This document shows positions 26,993-38,134 of a DNA stretch of 42,907 nt, piece by piece. Origin of the DNA: a bacterium (GTDB lineage Bacteria > Zhuqueibacterota > Zhuqueibacteria > Oceanimicrobiales > Oceanimicrobiaceae); the NCBI GenBank assembly GCA_046757525.1, contig JBHHYI010000013.1, positions 1 to 42,907 of the forward strand, read 5' to 3'. Both the position numbers and the translations under genes were made by a program. Each line of letters opens with the position of its first letter. The first letter of the stretch is position 1. The notes beneath the pieces were generated by a model that was not told the origin of the DNA, did not search any database, and saw only the letters and a list, made by a program, of their open reading frames with translations.

Positions 26993-28069
26993 TCACACCA
27001 GTCTTTGCAAGTCGTATTTTTCTATGATTCGATAGAGCGTTTTTCTGCTAATTTCTGCACAATGGGCAGCTTTACTAATGTTCCCGCGCTCCTTTTTGAG
27101 CAGATTTATAAAATACTCTTTCTCGAATTCCTGACTCAGTAAATTCCTGGCTTTGTGAAATGGCAAATCTAAAAGTTCTGTTCGGGAAAAATCCCGGAGC
27201 TCAGGTGCACGGGTAATATGCGCCGGTAAATCAGACAGAGCTATCCGTCGACCGTCAACAAGCGAGATCAGGTTTTCGACTAAGTTCTGCAATTCTCTAA
27301 CATTGCCAGGCCAGGAATAATTGAGCAAAGCTTCCAGAGCAGTAGATTCCACGGTTTTGGGGACGATCCCCTTGGCCTGGCCAAGCAGGTCCTGGTAATA
27401 GTCGATCAGAATTGGAATATCTTCCTTTCTTTGCCGCAAAGGAGGAGTTTCCAACGGAATAACATTCAATCGATAATAAAGGTCCTCTCTCAGCAATCCC
27501 GTTTTAACTGCTTGCCAAGGTATCTTGTTGGTGGCAGCCACCACACGCAAGTTGACCTTAATGATTTCTTTGCCTCCCACCCTGCGAAATTCTCTTTCTT
27601 GGAGCATCCTGAGCAGCTTTGCCTGCAAGGCAAAGTCCAATTCCACGATTTCATCTAAAAAAAGCGTGCCGTTATGTGCATATTCCAGCAAACCTGTTTT
27701 CGCCCAATCGGCCCCGGTAAAAGCCCCCTTTTCGTGCCCAAAAAGCTCGTTCTCGAGCAAGGTTCCCGGCAAGGCCACACAATCCACCGCGACAAAGGAG
27801 TTGGCGGCTCTGTTACTATGCGCGTGAATAGCGCGGGCAATCAACTCGTTCCCGGTTCCACTTTCACCGTAAATGAGAACATTGGCCTCTGATTGTGAAA
27901 TCTTTACGACCTTTTCGCACAGCGCCTTCATGGCCTTGCTTTTGCCGACCATGTTGCTGCTTCTCGACCCCGAACACTTGTTTTGAAAATAGTCGCTTCT
28001 GCGACCCGGGTCGTTACCTTTTTCTTTGAAAATGCCCCCTGTTCGATCAGGTAAATCAGAATTCTCCAT
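26993..28069 (-). CDS. Sigma-54-interacting (Fis-family) regulator lacking an N-terminal sensory domain
   Basis: ELFGHEKGAFTGA, FLDEI, REDLYYRLNV, WPGNVREL and a C-terminal HTH. Walker A reads GESGTGNE. Confidence 0.88.
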   Translation of the reverse strand: MENSDLPDRTGGIFKEKGNDPGRRSDYFQNKCSGSRSSNMVGKSKAMKALCEKVVKISQSEANVLIYGESGTGNELIARAIHAHSNRAANSFVAVDCVALPGTLLENELFGHEKGAFTGADWAKTGLLEYAHNGTLFLDEIVELDFALQAKLLRMLQEREFRRVGGKEIIKVNLRVVAATNKIPWQAVKTGLLREDLYYRLNVIPLETPPLRQRKEDIPILIDYYQDLLGQAKGIVPKTVESTALEALLNYSWPGNVRELQNLVENLISLVDGRRIALSDLPAHITRAPELRDFSRTELLDLPFHKARNLLSQEFEKEYFINLLKKERGNISKAAHCAEISRKTLYRIIEKYDLQRLV

Positions 28070-28120
28070 CTTTCCATCCCCTCGAGCTTTTGTCAAATCA
28101 AGGTTAGCACGATCAACGGA

Positions 28121-28465
28121 TTACGTCGCAGTGGCTCTTTTGCGTGTAGCTTCTTCAATAGCCTCTGCTACCAGCATGAAGTAGCGGTCCAGGGCACAAT
28201 CTGCTCGTAGACGCACTTCGCACCTGCCGTCCTCCGTCTGCAAGCACTCTGTGCACACCTTTTGGCGCAGAACGGTCACATAGTCCTCTATTTTGGGACT
28301 CTCCACGGACCGCACCACCTCTATGACTTTAGGTAGAAAAGTCTCGACGGGACAGGTTCGATCCTCAGGCAATCCACAACGGACGAACTGCCCGAAGTTG
28401 TCAAATATGCCGCCGATGCAAACCGAGCATACCCGACTTCGAATCGCCTCCAAATATTCTTGCAT
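28121..28465 (-). CDS. Cys-rich hypothetical protein with an internal duplication
   Basis: AGAGGAGG RBS and two repeats of Y…RxxVCxxC…C…C. Confidence 0.8.
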   Translation of the reverse strand: MQEYLEAIRSRVCSVCIGGIFDNFGQFVRCGLPEDRTCPVETFLPKVIEVVRSVESPKIEDYVTVLRQKVCTECLQTEDGRCEVRLRADCALDRYFMLVAEAIEEATRKRATAT

Positions 28466-28566
28466 GATATTCCTCCTCTAAAATGCCGTAAGGGACAATG
28501 GATGATATTAGATTTGTTCAGCAGCTCCTTTCTCTCATAAGGTTCTGACACCACCATTGAGAACCA

Positions 28567-29226
28567 CTACCTGGTTGGGTCGTGATTGGTATTCTTGACG
28601 TAGATTTGTTCACACAAATTGGACTCCAGCGCTAATACGGTTTCGTCTATTTTTATGACGTAAGAAGGCCTTTTTTGCTCGAGGCGCACCACGTTTCCTG
28701 GAACGACGCCAAACAGTGACAGGCGGTCCAGGGTTTTGTTGCGGGCGGGCGCGATGAAGACGATGCTGGCCTGCTCGCCGATTTCCATATCTTTGAGACG
28801 ATGCACCACGGGCTTGACGTCCCGGGTGAACTTGGCACAACACGGACCGCGGGGAATGGCAATGCCGTGCGGACAGACCGGTGGGTGACCCAGGAACGCG
28901 CAGACGCTGTCGGTGACCTCGGGGCTTAGAATGTGCTCGAAAGCACAGGCCGACTTGGCCATCTCTTTTTCGCTGACCTGCAACACATCCGAAAGCAGTC
29001 GTTCGGCGAGCAAGTGCCGGCGAATCAAAGATTCGGCTTTTTTCTTTCCCCTGGAAAGAAGCTGGATGGTGCCGTCGTGCACAGCCACGAAGCCATTTCT
29101 TTCCAGCAGTTTGATGGTAGCGCCGGAGGAAAAAGGCACCTGCGACAAAATGCTGTCCGAATCCACAATGCACTTCTCGTGCATGAGCCAAATAGTCTTG
29201 AGTATGTGGTCCGCGCGCTCACTCAT
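28567..29226 (-). CDS. DtxR/MntR-family metal-dependent regulator with a C-terminal FeoA domain
   Basis: RRHLLAERLL, ACAFEHILS, LGHPPVCPHG and FeoA-like RLSLFGVVPG motifs. Confidence 0.9.
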   Translation of the reverse strand: MSERADHILKTIWLMHEKCIVDSDSILSQVPFSSGATIKLLERNGFVAVHDGTIQLLSRGKKKAESLIRRHLLAERLLSDVLQVSEKEMAKSACAFEHILSPEVTDSVCAFLGHPPVCPHGIAIPRGPCCAKFTRDVKPVVHRLKDMEIGEQASIVFIAPARNKTLDRLSLFGVVPGNVVRLEQKRPSYVIKIDETVLALESNLCEQIYVKNTNHDPTR

Positions 29227-29425
29227 CGGTAGCCTTAGCCTTTTTTTTGATTTTGCTCAGAAAATTCACGATGCTCGATTGCGTTGGCCACTGGTAACCA
29301 CAATTGGGACAGCAAACCACTTGGCAGCCTCTGGCCAGAGGGCATTTCGAACAGAGCGGATTTTCCTCCGCCACGAACCGGTTGCCGCATAACGGGCAAC
29401 TCAACAAAGAATCAGTGTCATTCAC
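29219..29425 (-). CDS. Small Cys-rich metal-binding protein in the feo cluster
   Basis: CPLC…CSKCPL…C…CCPNCGY. Overlaps the regulator start and follows feoB. Confidence 0.75.
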   Translation of the reverse strand: MNDTDSLLSCPLCGNRFVAEENPLCSKCPLARGCQVVCCPNCGYQWPTQSSIVNFLSKIKKKAKATDE

Positions 29426-29449
29426 GATCTATTCGAATTTCCAGTTACA

Positions 29450-31390
29450 TCATATCTTAAACCAGGTCAAAACAAAATTGAGAACCCCGCCTACAAAAAA
29501 TGCAAAGGGTATGATGAACAAGGTAATGGCGACCGCCGTCTTCCATCCCCTTTCTTTAATGATTACAAAAAAATTGGCAATGCAGGGAACAAACAAGGTA
29601 ATGGTGACCAGACTGACCACGATTTGTTGCGGATTCAGCAACCCCTGCCTTGCCATGCTAAACAGTCCCGCAGCGCCGTAATCGCGGCGCAGAAACCCGA
29701 TGAGGAAAGCCTCAGCCGACTGTTTGGGCAGCCCCAGGATGCCACTTATTAACGGCCCAGACCAGGCCTCGATGGCCTTCAAAGCCCCTGTTTTGGCCAG
29801 CACAAACAGCACGAATGTGCCGAGGAAGAAAAGCGGCACCGCCTCTTTCAAGTACCACTCGACCCGCGCCAGGGTCTTGACGGCGATGTTGGTCAAGCTT
29901 GGCCTGCGCACGGGGGGCAACTCCAGAATGAAATCGGAGCTTTGGCCCGGCAGCAACTTCGAGGCAAAATAGCCAACGAGAATCAGGACGCCGGCCACGC
30001 AGAGCAGCCAGATTACCACGGCCGTCAGATTCAGCCCACCCAGAAGACCGAGAATGACCCCTAATTGGGCTGAGCAGGGAATGCCAAGCGCCAGCAGCAG
30101 GGTCACCAGAATGCGCTCTTTACGGGTTTCCAGAATCCGGGTGGTCAGCGTGGCCATGGTGTCGCAGCCCAGTCCTAAAACCATGGGCAGCACTGCTTTG
30201 CCGTTGAGTCCTAACAGTTTGAAGATTCGGTTCAGCATGACGGCCAGACGGGGCAGGTAGCCCGAATCCTCCAGCAGGCTAAAGGCCAGGAAAAAGGTAG
30301 TCACCACCGGCAAGACGATGGCGATGGAATAGGACAGGGCCATGGTGAGCAGACCATACGGCCCCACGAACAGATCACGCAACAGGGCCACCGGCAGTGC
30401 GAAAGAAAAAGCCTTCTCAAACCAGGGGGTAAGGAATTTGCCGAAGACCGTGCCCTCCAAAAAGTCGACCAGGGTGCCTGCCCCAAAAACGCCGACAAAC
30501 TGGTACAGCCCATACAGGACGGCCAGAAGTACCGGCACGCCCCAAACCGGGTGCATGGAAAGGCGACCCAGAAAATCGCTGAAGCCAGGCCGCGAGACCT
30601 CGCTGCGCCGGTAGACCTCACGGAAGATTTCTTCGGCCTTTTGCAGGCGCTGCTGATTGATGACCAGCCCAGTGGGCTTGCCCAATTGCTGCTGCAAGCG
30701 TTGCCGCACGCTTTCAATTCTCTCAATAGCCGCCGCATCCAAAGACTCCTGAAGCCAATCCCGCAGGCTTTCATCCCCTGCCAACAACATCAAAGCGACA
30801 GACCGCCTGGAGATGGGAGTTGCGGGCAGATGTTGCAGCAATTCGGAGACAGCCGTTTCGATTTCCGCAGGATACTCGACTTCCAGGGTCGAGACTGCGG
30901 GACTGTTTGCAATCTCGTTTTCCAGGTCAAGCAATCCACGCCGGTGAATAGCCACGGTAGCGACAACGGCCACACCCAGGGTCTCTGAAAGTCGTTTCAG
31001 GTCAAGCTGGACGCCCCGGCTGTGTGCCTCGTCCATCATGTTCAGGTCTAAGATGAAAGGAATCCGCATCTCCGCCAACTGCACGGAAAGAAAAAGGGCG
31101 CGCCGCAAGTTCTTGGCATCGGCCACCTGCACCACCAGCCTGGGACTCTCTTTCAGCAAAATGTTTCTCGTGACCACCTCATCTTGCGAAAACGGCATCA
31201 AGCTGTTAATGCCGGGCGTGTCGATCACCACGTCGGTGCTGCCGTCATACTTGGCATTGCCTTTGGAGATTTCGACGGTCGTCCCCGGATAATTGGCCAC
31301 GGTAACATAGCGACCAGTTAGATAGCCAAAAACCACGCTCTTGCCAACATTCGGATTTCCGACGAGAACGATTTTATCTTTTGCTGCCAT
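29450..31390 (-). CDS. feoB: Ferrous iron transporter FeoB
   Basis: GNPNVGKS, NYPGTTVE, DTPG and NMMD GTPase motifs; LEDSGYLPR, GLGC, PCSAQ, FILELP and FVPC membrane-domain motifs. Confidence 0.96.
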   Translation of the reverse strand: MAAKDKIVLVGNPNVGKSVVFGYLTGRYVTVANYPGTTVEISKGNAKYDGSTDVVIDTPGINSLMPFSQDEVVTRNILLKESPRLVVQVADAKNLRRALFLSVQLAEMRIPFILDLNMMDEAHSRGVQLDLKRLSETLGVAVVATVAIHRRGLLDLENEIANSPAVSTLEVEYPAEIETAVSELLQHLPATPISRRSVALMLLAGDESLRDWLQESLDAAAIERIESVRQRLQQQLGKPTGLVINQQRLQKAEEIFREVYRRSEVSRPGFSDFLGRLSMHPVWGVPVLLAVLYGLYQFVGVFGAGTLVDFLEGTVFGKFLTPWFEKAFSFALPVALLRDLFVGPYGLLTMALSYSIAIVLPVVTTFFLAFSLLEDSGYLPRLAVMLNRIFKLLGLNGKAVLPMVLGLGCDTMATLTTRILETRKERILVTLLLALGIPCSAQLGVILGLLGGLNLTAVVIWLLCVAGVLILVGYFASKLLPGQSSDFILELPPVRRPSLTNIAVKTLARVEWYLKEAVPLFFLGTFVLFVLAKTGALKAIEAWSGPLISGILGLPKQSAEAFLIGFLRRDYGAAGLFSMARQGLLNPQQIVVSLVTITLFVPCIANFFVIIKERGWKTAVAITLFIIPFAFFVGGVLNFVLTWFKI

Positions 31391-31405
31391 GGCCTGTCTG
31401 AATCC

Positions 31406-31894
31406 TCATGCACCAAAGGTCACGTAAGCTTTGAGAATATCCAAGGCTGCCACAATGCCGACGATTTCATCCTTCCGGCTTACGAACAGCCGATGAATCC
31501 TTCCGGATACCATGATCTCCGCCAATTCCTTTACCAGGGTATTTTCAGGAACACGATAGATGAACGGGGTCATGATGTCTTGAACCCGCAAGGTTTCGCT
31601 TTCCTCCAGATGGTAGCCCGACAACTCCTCGGCGCCAAATTGCGCCTCCCAGGCTTTCAGGATGTAATCCGAGGCCACTTTGTCCGAAACGATGTGCTCG
31701 CGGCGTGCCTCATTGCGCACGATATCGGTGAGCGTTACCACACCCACCGGCTTGCCAGACTGGTCGGCAACGAGTGCCCCGGAGATCATGCGGTCACTGA
31801 ACAACTCGGCGACTTCTTCCACAGACATTTGTGGCTGCACGCTGATCACTGGCGCGGTCATGATTTCCTTTGCGGTTAGTTTTGTCATCGACAT
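31406..31894 (-). CDS. CBS-domain pair protein
   Basis: AKEIMT…ISGALV…VGVVTLTD and VQDIMT…IHRLFV…VGIV repeats. AGGAG RBS. Confidence 0.9.
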   Translation of the reverse strand: MSMTKLTAKEIMTAPVISVQPQMSVEEVAELFSDRMISGALVADQSGKPVGVVTLTDIVRNEARREHIVSDKVASDYILKAWEAQFGAEELSGYHLEESETLRVQDIMTPFIYRVPENTLVKELAEIMVSGRIHRLFVSRKDEIVGIVAALDILKAYVTFGA

Positions 31895-32015
31895 AGCTAA
31901 GAACTCCTGTGTGGTGAAGCTAATGAGACTGTTGCCAGCAGCGATGAAGCGTTGCACCCAAGGGGCTTAAGTCTTCTTACTCAGCAACATTGAGACCTCG
32001 GTGTAACATGATACC

Positions 32016-32744
32016 TCAGTTTCCGGCTGGCGACAGTCTCACCTGGTCAAAATCAGGGAACTTGACCTGCAACGCATGCATGACGATCTTTTCAGCCATA
32101 TTCAGGGTCATGCTGCCCAGATTCAGGACCATATCGTAATTCAACGGCTCTGCCGCGTCGTGGTGAAAGAATCTGCGGATAAAAGCCGCTCTCTGTTTGT
32201 CAGCGACGGCCACGATCTCGGCCGCCTCCGACTTGCCCACGTGTTCCTGCGCCATGATGTAGTTCACGCGTTTTTCTATGGGCGAGATGATTTTCAATCG
32301 CAACGTCTTAAAAGCGGGTAAGATGAAATTGCACCCGCGGCCCAAAATGACCGCGCGCCCGTGTTTGGCGATGGCCAAAATGACCGTCATCAGGTGCTTA
32401 AAGTATTTGTCGCTGCTCAAGGAATGTTTGTCCACCAGTGTTCTAACCCAGGTCTCGATTTCACTCTGAGTTTTTTCATCGAACGATTCCACAACGTTTC
32501 TTCGAACTTTAGCATTTTCCGCGATATATTCCACCAGTTCTTTGTCGTACAACTGCCAGCTCAGACGTCTTGCCAGTCTCTGCCCCAATTCAACTCCCTG
32601 ACTGCCAATTTCCTTAGAGATGGTGATGCAGGGAACCGCCTGTTCCGGACGACTGACCTCACCGCTCTCATAGGTGCGCTCCCACAGGCGGATCTGCCTG
32701 GAAACAATCTGCCCCATGTGAATATCGTCTGAAATCTTTGACAT
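32016..32744 (-). CDS. Cytidylate kinase-like family protein
   Basis: ITISKEIGSQG, LYDKEL, VILGRG and D..R..F…YDMVLN motifs. Confidence 0.88.
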   Translation of the reverse strand: MSKISDDIHMGQIVSRQIRLWERTYESGEVSRPEQAVPCITISKEIGSQGVELGQRLARRLSWQLYDKELVEYIAENAKVRRNVVESFDEKTQSEIETWVRTLVDKHSLSSDKYFKHLMTVILAIAKHGRAVILGRGCNFILPAFKTLRLKIISPIEKRVNYIMAQEHVGKSEAAEIVAVADKQRAAFIRRFFHHDAAEPLNYDMVLNLGSMTLNMAEKIVMHALQVKFPDFDQVRLSPAGN

Positions 32745-32966
32745 GATTCTCAACCCCTCTACATAGTTTGTACTCGCCAGGAACCCCTGGATCCAGGTAG
32801 TCTGAAACCGTAGTGCAGCTTTACGAGAAACCGCGCATCCTGTTTCACACGGTTCGAAGTAAGCTCCCGCACTAGCGGGGAAAATAGTCGAGAACGAGCT
32901 GGCAAAGAACATTTCCCGGAGCTCCAGCCGGCCCACGAACAACCAAGCGGTCTCACAAACCTGGCG

Positions 32967-35035
32967 TCACAACTCCCAACTGACCCCAATAGAAGGCAAA
33001 ACGGCCAGCCGGAATGGAACTGCCAGGCCACATTTATGCGCCATTTTTTGTTGGGTCGGTAATTGCAGTCCAAATAAAAGGTGTGGCGCTGGTCGAAATT
33101 TCGAGCCACGGTACGGCCGTCAATTTCTTCCTTGGCAAAGGCCCAGGCGTAGCTTAACCACCAGCTAAATCTTCCGCCAGTGTCTTTTCTTAGAAAAACT
33201 TCAAAGCCTTTCGCTTCGCCTTGGGTCGGCTCGATACGAACGCGGCTATCGTCGAATTCCGGGAAAATTTCGAGATCATCGGACAAATTCTGATACCGCG
33301 GCCGAACGTGAGAAAGCCGCTTCTGATAGGCTTCCACCCGAAGATTCAATCCGTTTTCAAAAACGTGTTCCAGTCCGATTACCCGATGTTCGGCCAACTC
33401 CGCCGGGTAAAACCGATCCTCACCATCTTGCACCTGCATTTCCTGAATGCCCTGGGATTGATAAAATCGTCCCCAGCCGACCCGCAACGCGCTTTGCGGT
33501 TTAAAAGCATAGACTAAGTTGAACCGAGGGCTGAAGGTTTTGTCGGTGGTGTAAGATTCAGAATCGTAGCGCACCCCTGTCTCGACAGTCAGAGGACTGA
33601 AAAGTCGGATTCTCTCCGCCACATAGGCCCCCATTTCATTCCCCAGGGGGTTCCTATTCACCTGTGTAGAATCCACAGTAGCCATGAAATTGTTAGGGGC
33701 CACTTGAACAAAGGTTCGATTACGGTTGAAGTAATCATAGTTGGTGGTAAAGCGCTTAACCTCGAAGCCCCATTTGAACAAATACCGATCGGACCATTGG
33801 TAGTGCCAGTCCTGCTTCAGGCCGTAGAAATTAAACGCTCGAATGTCCGAGACCCTTTCGCGCATGGCTTCATTTTTGAAAGAGAATTCAGCGCCCTGTC
33901 GGTTTTGGTCCACACGACCAACCGAAAGCACGGATTGCGCAAAAAGTTTAGGGTGCAGAAACGATTTCAGCGTCAACCAACCGTAGCTGTTGCCCCAATC
34001 TGAGTTCACCTTATCGTGGTCGTCGCTTTCAAAATCGAAGACATCGCCGGCCCGCAAAACGTGGGCAGACAAAATCTGGTTGTTGCTGAATTGATATTCA
34101 ACCTTGCCCAACAGATCGTAATATTGGGGCGAAAGCTTGTCTTCGCTGCCTACGAGCTTCAAAACCAAATCGATGTAGCCTCGTCGGGCCGACACCAGCC
34201 ACTGCCCCTTGCCCTTGCCAAAAGGTCCTTCACTCATGAAGCGGGCATTCATGAAACTGATTCCCAGCGAAGTTCTGTTCCTATTCGCAGGCGGCGACGC
34301 CGAGACAATGTTAAAAACGCCACTCAATTTATCGCCATATTCAGCGGGAAACCCACCGGTCATTAAATCTATGCCGCCAATGGCTTCCACATCGATGATG
34401 CTCAAGGCCCCGCCGAAATCTTTGAGGTGAAACGGCTCGTAAAGCTCCTGGCCGTCCAGAAGCACCAGAAGCTCCTCGTTCTCGCCCCCTCGAACGGTAA
34501 ACTTGGAGGAAAAATCATTGCCAGCGACGCCGGGAAGGCGTGTCACCGCTCGATAAATATCTTCACCAAACTGGGGAATGCTGCGGATGTCTTCCCGGTT
34601 GAGCGTCTGTCGCACCGCAGCCTCTTCATGCATGATGGCAAAATGACCGGGCGTTACGACCACGGCCTGCAAGGGAAGCACAGAGCTCACCAGCGCAAAA
34701 TCAAGTTCAACAGATGAATTTTCTTCCACACGCACATGGGCGATTTGTTTAGATTCATAGCCGATCACCGAAGCCTCAATGGTGTAGTCACCAGCCGGCA
34801 CATTAGAAATCACGAAATGGCCATCCGGCCCGGAGGCGGCGCCGAATGGCGTTCCCAACAGCAGCACATTGGCATTCGGTAAGGGCTGGTGCGTGCTTCT
34901 CTCAAATACGCGGCCGGTTATTCTGGCTTGTGGAAAAACGAATTCAGAGTAGACCAATAGCCAGAAAAGACAGCCAAGTGGTGCCAGCGTTTTTAAATAC
35001 GGATTCTCTATTTTAAATGCCCGCCATAGTTTCAG
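32967..35035 (-). pseudogene. TonB-dependent receptor with carboxypeptidase-like N-domain, apparently disrupted by an internal C-terminal deletion/frameshift
   Basis: Plug motifs LPGV…VRGG…LLDG and GGFPAEYGDKLSGV. The frame turns to junk after WQFHSGWP (~33003), while a typical terminal strand LPSIGVSWEL* lies out of frame at 32999-32967. The signal peptide extends upstream of 34957 with only a CTG (35035) in frame. Confidence 0.75.
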
Positions 35036-35132
35036 TTCCTACCTCAACTGCGATTAATTTCCCCCCCTCGAGCCTTAGTTTGTCCGATCAAGCCTCATTC
35101 TTGCCCTCGAGATAACAAACGAGACGTTTGTT

Positions 35133-37403
35133 TTACGAAGACTGTTCGCTGGCTTGCGCATCGATGACCGCAATGGCCGTCATGTTGACGACATCCACTT
35201 CGTTGAAATCTCCAACCTGCAGCACGTGCACCGGTTTTTTCATGCCCAGCAGAATGGGGCCGACAGCCTCGGCGCCACCAAGCCGGCGCAGCAGTTTGTA
35301 CGCCACATTGCCAGCTTCCAGATTTGGAAAGATCAAAACGTTGGCGCCCCCTTTGCCTTTCAGGGCACTGAACGGGTAGGTTTCATCGATGATTTCAGGC
35401 ACTACGGCCGTATTCGCCTGCATTTCACCATCGACCACTAAATCCGGTGCACGTTGTTTAACGATTTCCGTAGCGCGTCGTACTTTTTCAGCCAGTGGAT
35501 GCCGGGCGCTGCCGAAATTGGAAAAGGAAAGCATGGCCACGACGGGTTCAAGATCAAACCGGCGCACTTCTTTGGCGCAAAGGAGTGCAATTTCCGCCAG
35601 ATCCTCTGAAGTGGGTTCGATATTTACCGTGGCATCGGCGAAAAAGTAGACCCTGTCTTTGAAGATCATCATGTAAAGTCCGGCTACCTTGTGCACAGCC
35701 GCACGCATTCCGATGATCTGCAACGCCGGCCGAATGGTTTCCCGGTAGGCCTGAGTTAGACCGGAAACGAGACCATCCGCGTCTCCGCTGTGGACCATCA
35801 TGGAACCGAAGTAGTTGCGATTCCGCATGATCTGCTCGGCCTCATGTGAGGTCACGCCTTTGCGCTGCCGAATCTGATAAAACTGTGCCACATAATCTTC
35901 GAATCTTGCCGACTTCACGGGATCGATGATTTCCACGCCCTTGTCCAAATTCAGGTGCAATTCTTGGATTTTGCCTTCGATGATTTCCTGGTTGCCCAGC
36001 AGAATGGGGTGGGCCATCCCTTCGTCCAGCACGATCTCACACGCTTTGAGAATGGGCACGTGGTCGCCCTCAGGGTAAACGATCCGTTTCGGTGCCTTCT
36101 TAGCCTTGTTGATCATGACGCGCATGACTTTGCGGGCTAACCCCAGGCGCGCTTCGAGCTTCTCTTTGTATTCGTCGATGTCGATCTTGGTCAGGGCCAC
36201 ACCGGTATCCAAAGCCGCCTTGGCCACGGCAGCAGCCTCCCAAAGCAGAACCCGGGGATCGAACGGTTTTGGGATGATGTAGTCGCGGCCGAATTCCAAC
36301 CGTTCCAGGCGGTAGACTTTTATTACGTTGTAAGGCACAGGCTCTTTGGCCAACGCCGCCAGAGCTCTCGCCGCCGCCACCTTCATCTCCTCGTTGATGG
36401 CCGTGGCCCGCACATCCAGGGTGCCGCGGAAGATGAAAGGGAATCCCAGCACGTTGTTGACCTGATTGGGGTAATCGCTGCGACCCGTAGCCAGGATCAC
36501 GTCGTCGCGCGCGGCCATAGCCTCTTCGTAGGTAATTTCCGGATCGGGATTGGCCATGGCAAAGAGGATTGGATGGTCGGCCATGGACCGGACCATCTCT
36601 TTGGTCACCAGATTGGGCGCGGAAACTCCGAAGAAGACATCCGCCCCTTTGAGAGCGTCCGCCAAAGTGCGGGCCTCGGTTTCCACAGCAAACAGTTCCT
36701 TGAAGGGGTTCATGCGTTCCTTCCGCCCTTTGTAGACAACCCCCTTGCTGTCCGTCAACATCACATTTTCTTTGCGAACTCCCAGTTGAATGTAAAACTT
36801 GGCACAGGCGATGCCCGCAGCGCCAGCTCCGCTGATTACTACTTTGAGTTCATCCAGCCGTTTCCCAACCAATTCTGCGGCGTTGAGCAACCCGGCACCG
36901 GAAATGATCGCCGTACCGTGTTGGTCGTCGTGAAAAACCGGAATGTTCATCTGTTTTTTCAACTCCTCCTCGATGTAGAAGCACTCCGGCGCCTTGATGT
37001 CCTCCAAGTTGATGCCGCCAAAGGTAGGCTCCAGCAGCTTGACCACGCGTATGACTTCGTCCGGGTCGTGAGAGTCGATCTCCAGGTCGAAGACGTCGAT
37101 GTCGGCGAAGCGCTTGAACAGCACGCCCTTGCCCTCCATCACAGGTTTGCCGGCCGCGGGGCCAATGTCGCCCAGTCCCAGAACGGCCGTTCCATTGCTC
37201 ACCACCGCCACCAAATTCCCTTTGGCCGTATATTTGAAAATGTCGTTGGGATTCTTCTCGATCTCCCGGCAGGGTTCAGCAACGCCAGGCGTATAGGCCA
37301 GAGACAGGTCTTTCTGCGTCACGCAAGGTTTGGTAGTGGACACCTCGATCTTTCCAGCACGCCCTCGAACGTGATAGTTGAGGGCTTCTTCTTTGCTAAA
37401 CAT
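35133..37403 (-). CDS. maeB: NADP-dependent malic enzyme with phosphotransacetylase-like domain
   Basis: [42 protein letters not shown] motifs and a C-terminal PTA-like domain ([15 protein letters not shown]). Confidence 0.96.
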   Translation of the reverse strand: MFSKEEALNYHVRGRAGKIEVSTTKPCVTQKDLSLAYTPGVAEPCREIEKNPNDIFKYTAKGNLVAVVSNGTAVLGLGDIGPAAGKPVMEGKGVLFKRFADIDVFDLEIDSHDPDEVIRVVKLLEPTFGGINLEDIKAPECFYIEEELKKQMNIPVFHDDQHGTAIISGAGLLNAAELVGKRLDELKVVISGAGAAGIACAKFYIQLGVRKENVMLTDSKGVVYKGRKERMNPFKELFAVETEARTLADALKGADVFFGVSAPNLVTKEMVRSMADHPILFAMANPDPEITYEEAMAARDDVILATGRSDYPNQVNNVLGFPFIFRGTLDVRATAINEEMKVAAARALAALAKEPVPYNVIKVYRLERLEFGRDYIIPKPFDPRVLLWEAAAVAKAALDTGVALTKIDIDEYKEKLEARLGLARKVMRVMINKAKKAPKRIVYPEGDHVPILKACEIVLDEGMAHPILLGNQEIIEGKIQELHLNLDKGVEIIDPVKSARFEDYVAQFYQIRQRKGVTSHEAEQIMRNRNYFGSMMVHSGDADGLVSGLTQAYRETIRPALQIIGMRAAVHKVAGLYMMIFKDRVYFFADATVNIEPTSEDLAEIALLCAKEVRRFDLEPVVAMLSFSNFGSARHPLAEKVRRATEIVKQRAPDLVVDGEMQANTAVVPEIIDETYPFSALKGKGGANVLIFPNLEAGNVAYKLLRRLGGAEAVGPILLGMKKPVHVLQVGDFNEVDVVNMTAIAVIDAQASEQSS

Positions 37404-37456
37404 GGGTCTGACTCCTTCCTTTCAGAATTCGCTCCTGGTGAATTGTCGTTAATTAT

Positions 37457-38134
37457 CTAACCAGTCGACCTGGCGTTTTGATCCGCTTCTTTCTTCCATC
37501 TCCTGACAAATAATTCCTCCAAGTGGTGACGACTGGCGGAGTCTTTCAAGTTTTTGTCCAATTGGTGGTTAAATTCATCAATGGCCTCTTCCAACTTGCC
37601 CATCTTCGAATAGACCACGCCCAGATGGTAGTGCGCCATGATGTAGTCTGGCGTGAGCAGCGTGCACTTTTTGAAGTGTTCTGCGGCTTCGTCATAACGT
37701 CCAAGGTGGTAGTAGGTCAACCCCACTCTGTAATGTGCAGCGCTGTATTCAGGATTCAAGGCCAAAAGCTTTTCTAAATAAGTCGCAGCTTCCGAAAGCC
37801 TGGTTTGGTAATAGAGCACGATGCTCAAATCATAAATCAGCTCGATGTTTTCCGGTTCAATCTCGATAGCCATTCGGTAACGCGACTCTGCTTCTACCAG
37901 ACTCCCTTTATGAAACAACACATTCCCCAGGATTTTTTGCGCGTAGGAGTTGTCCAGGTGCTGGTCTGCAAATTGCCGCAGCGCTGCCAGGTTCTGGTCG
38001 CTGTGGCCCCGACTCACAAAATCGACCACGGCCCAAAGATTTTCATTGCTCTTGTCTTCTTGCAGTGCACCGCCACAAACAAAACAATAACGGTGAGAAT
38101 CCGGTCGTTCAGCTTCACAATTGTTGCAATACAT
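37457..38134 (-). CDS. TPR protein with an N-terminal zinc ribbon
   Basis: CNNC…CFVCG followed by about four TPR units (AHYRVG, AHYHLG). Confidence 0.88.
   Translation of the reverse strand: MYCNNCEAERPDSHRYCFVCGGALQEDKSNENLWAVVDFVSRGHSDQNLAALRQFADQHLDNSYAQKILGNVLFHKGSLVEAESRYRMAIEIEPENIELIYDLSIVLYYQTRLSEAATYLEKLLALNPEYSAAHYRVGLTYYHLGRYDEAAEHFKKCTLLTPDYIMAHYHLGVVYSKMGKLEEAIDEFNHQLDKNLKDSASRHHLEELFVRRWKKEADQNARSTG

Noticed and set aside
32759..32966. C-terminal extension of the TonB-dependent receptor and N-terminal extension of the kinase-like ORF
   Set aside because: Read-through junk after the frameshift; the true receptor terminus lies at 32967 in another frame and the kinase-like gene likely starts at 32744.
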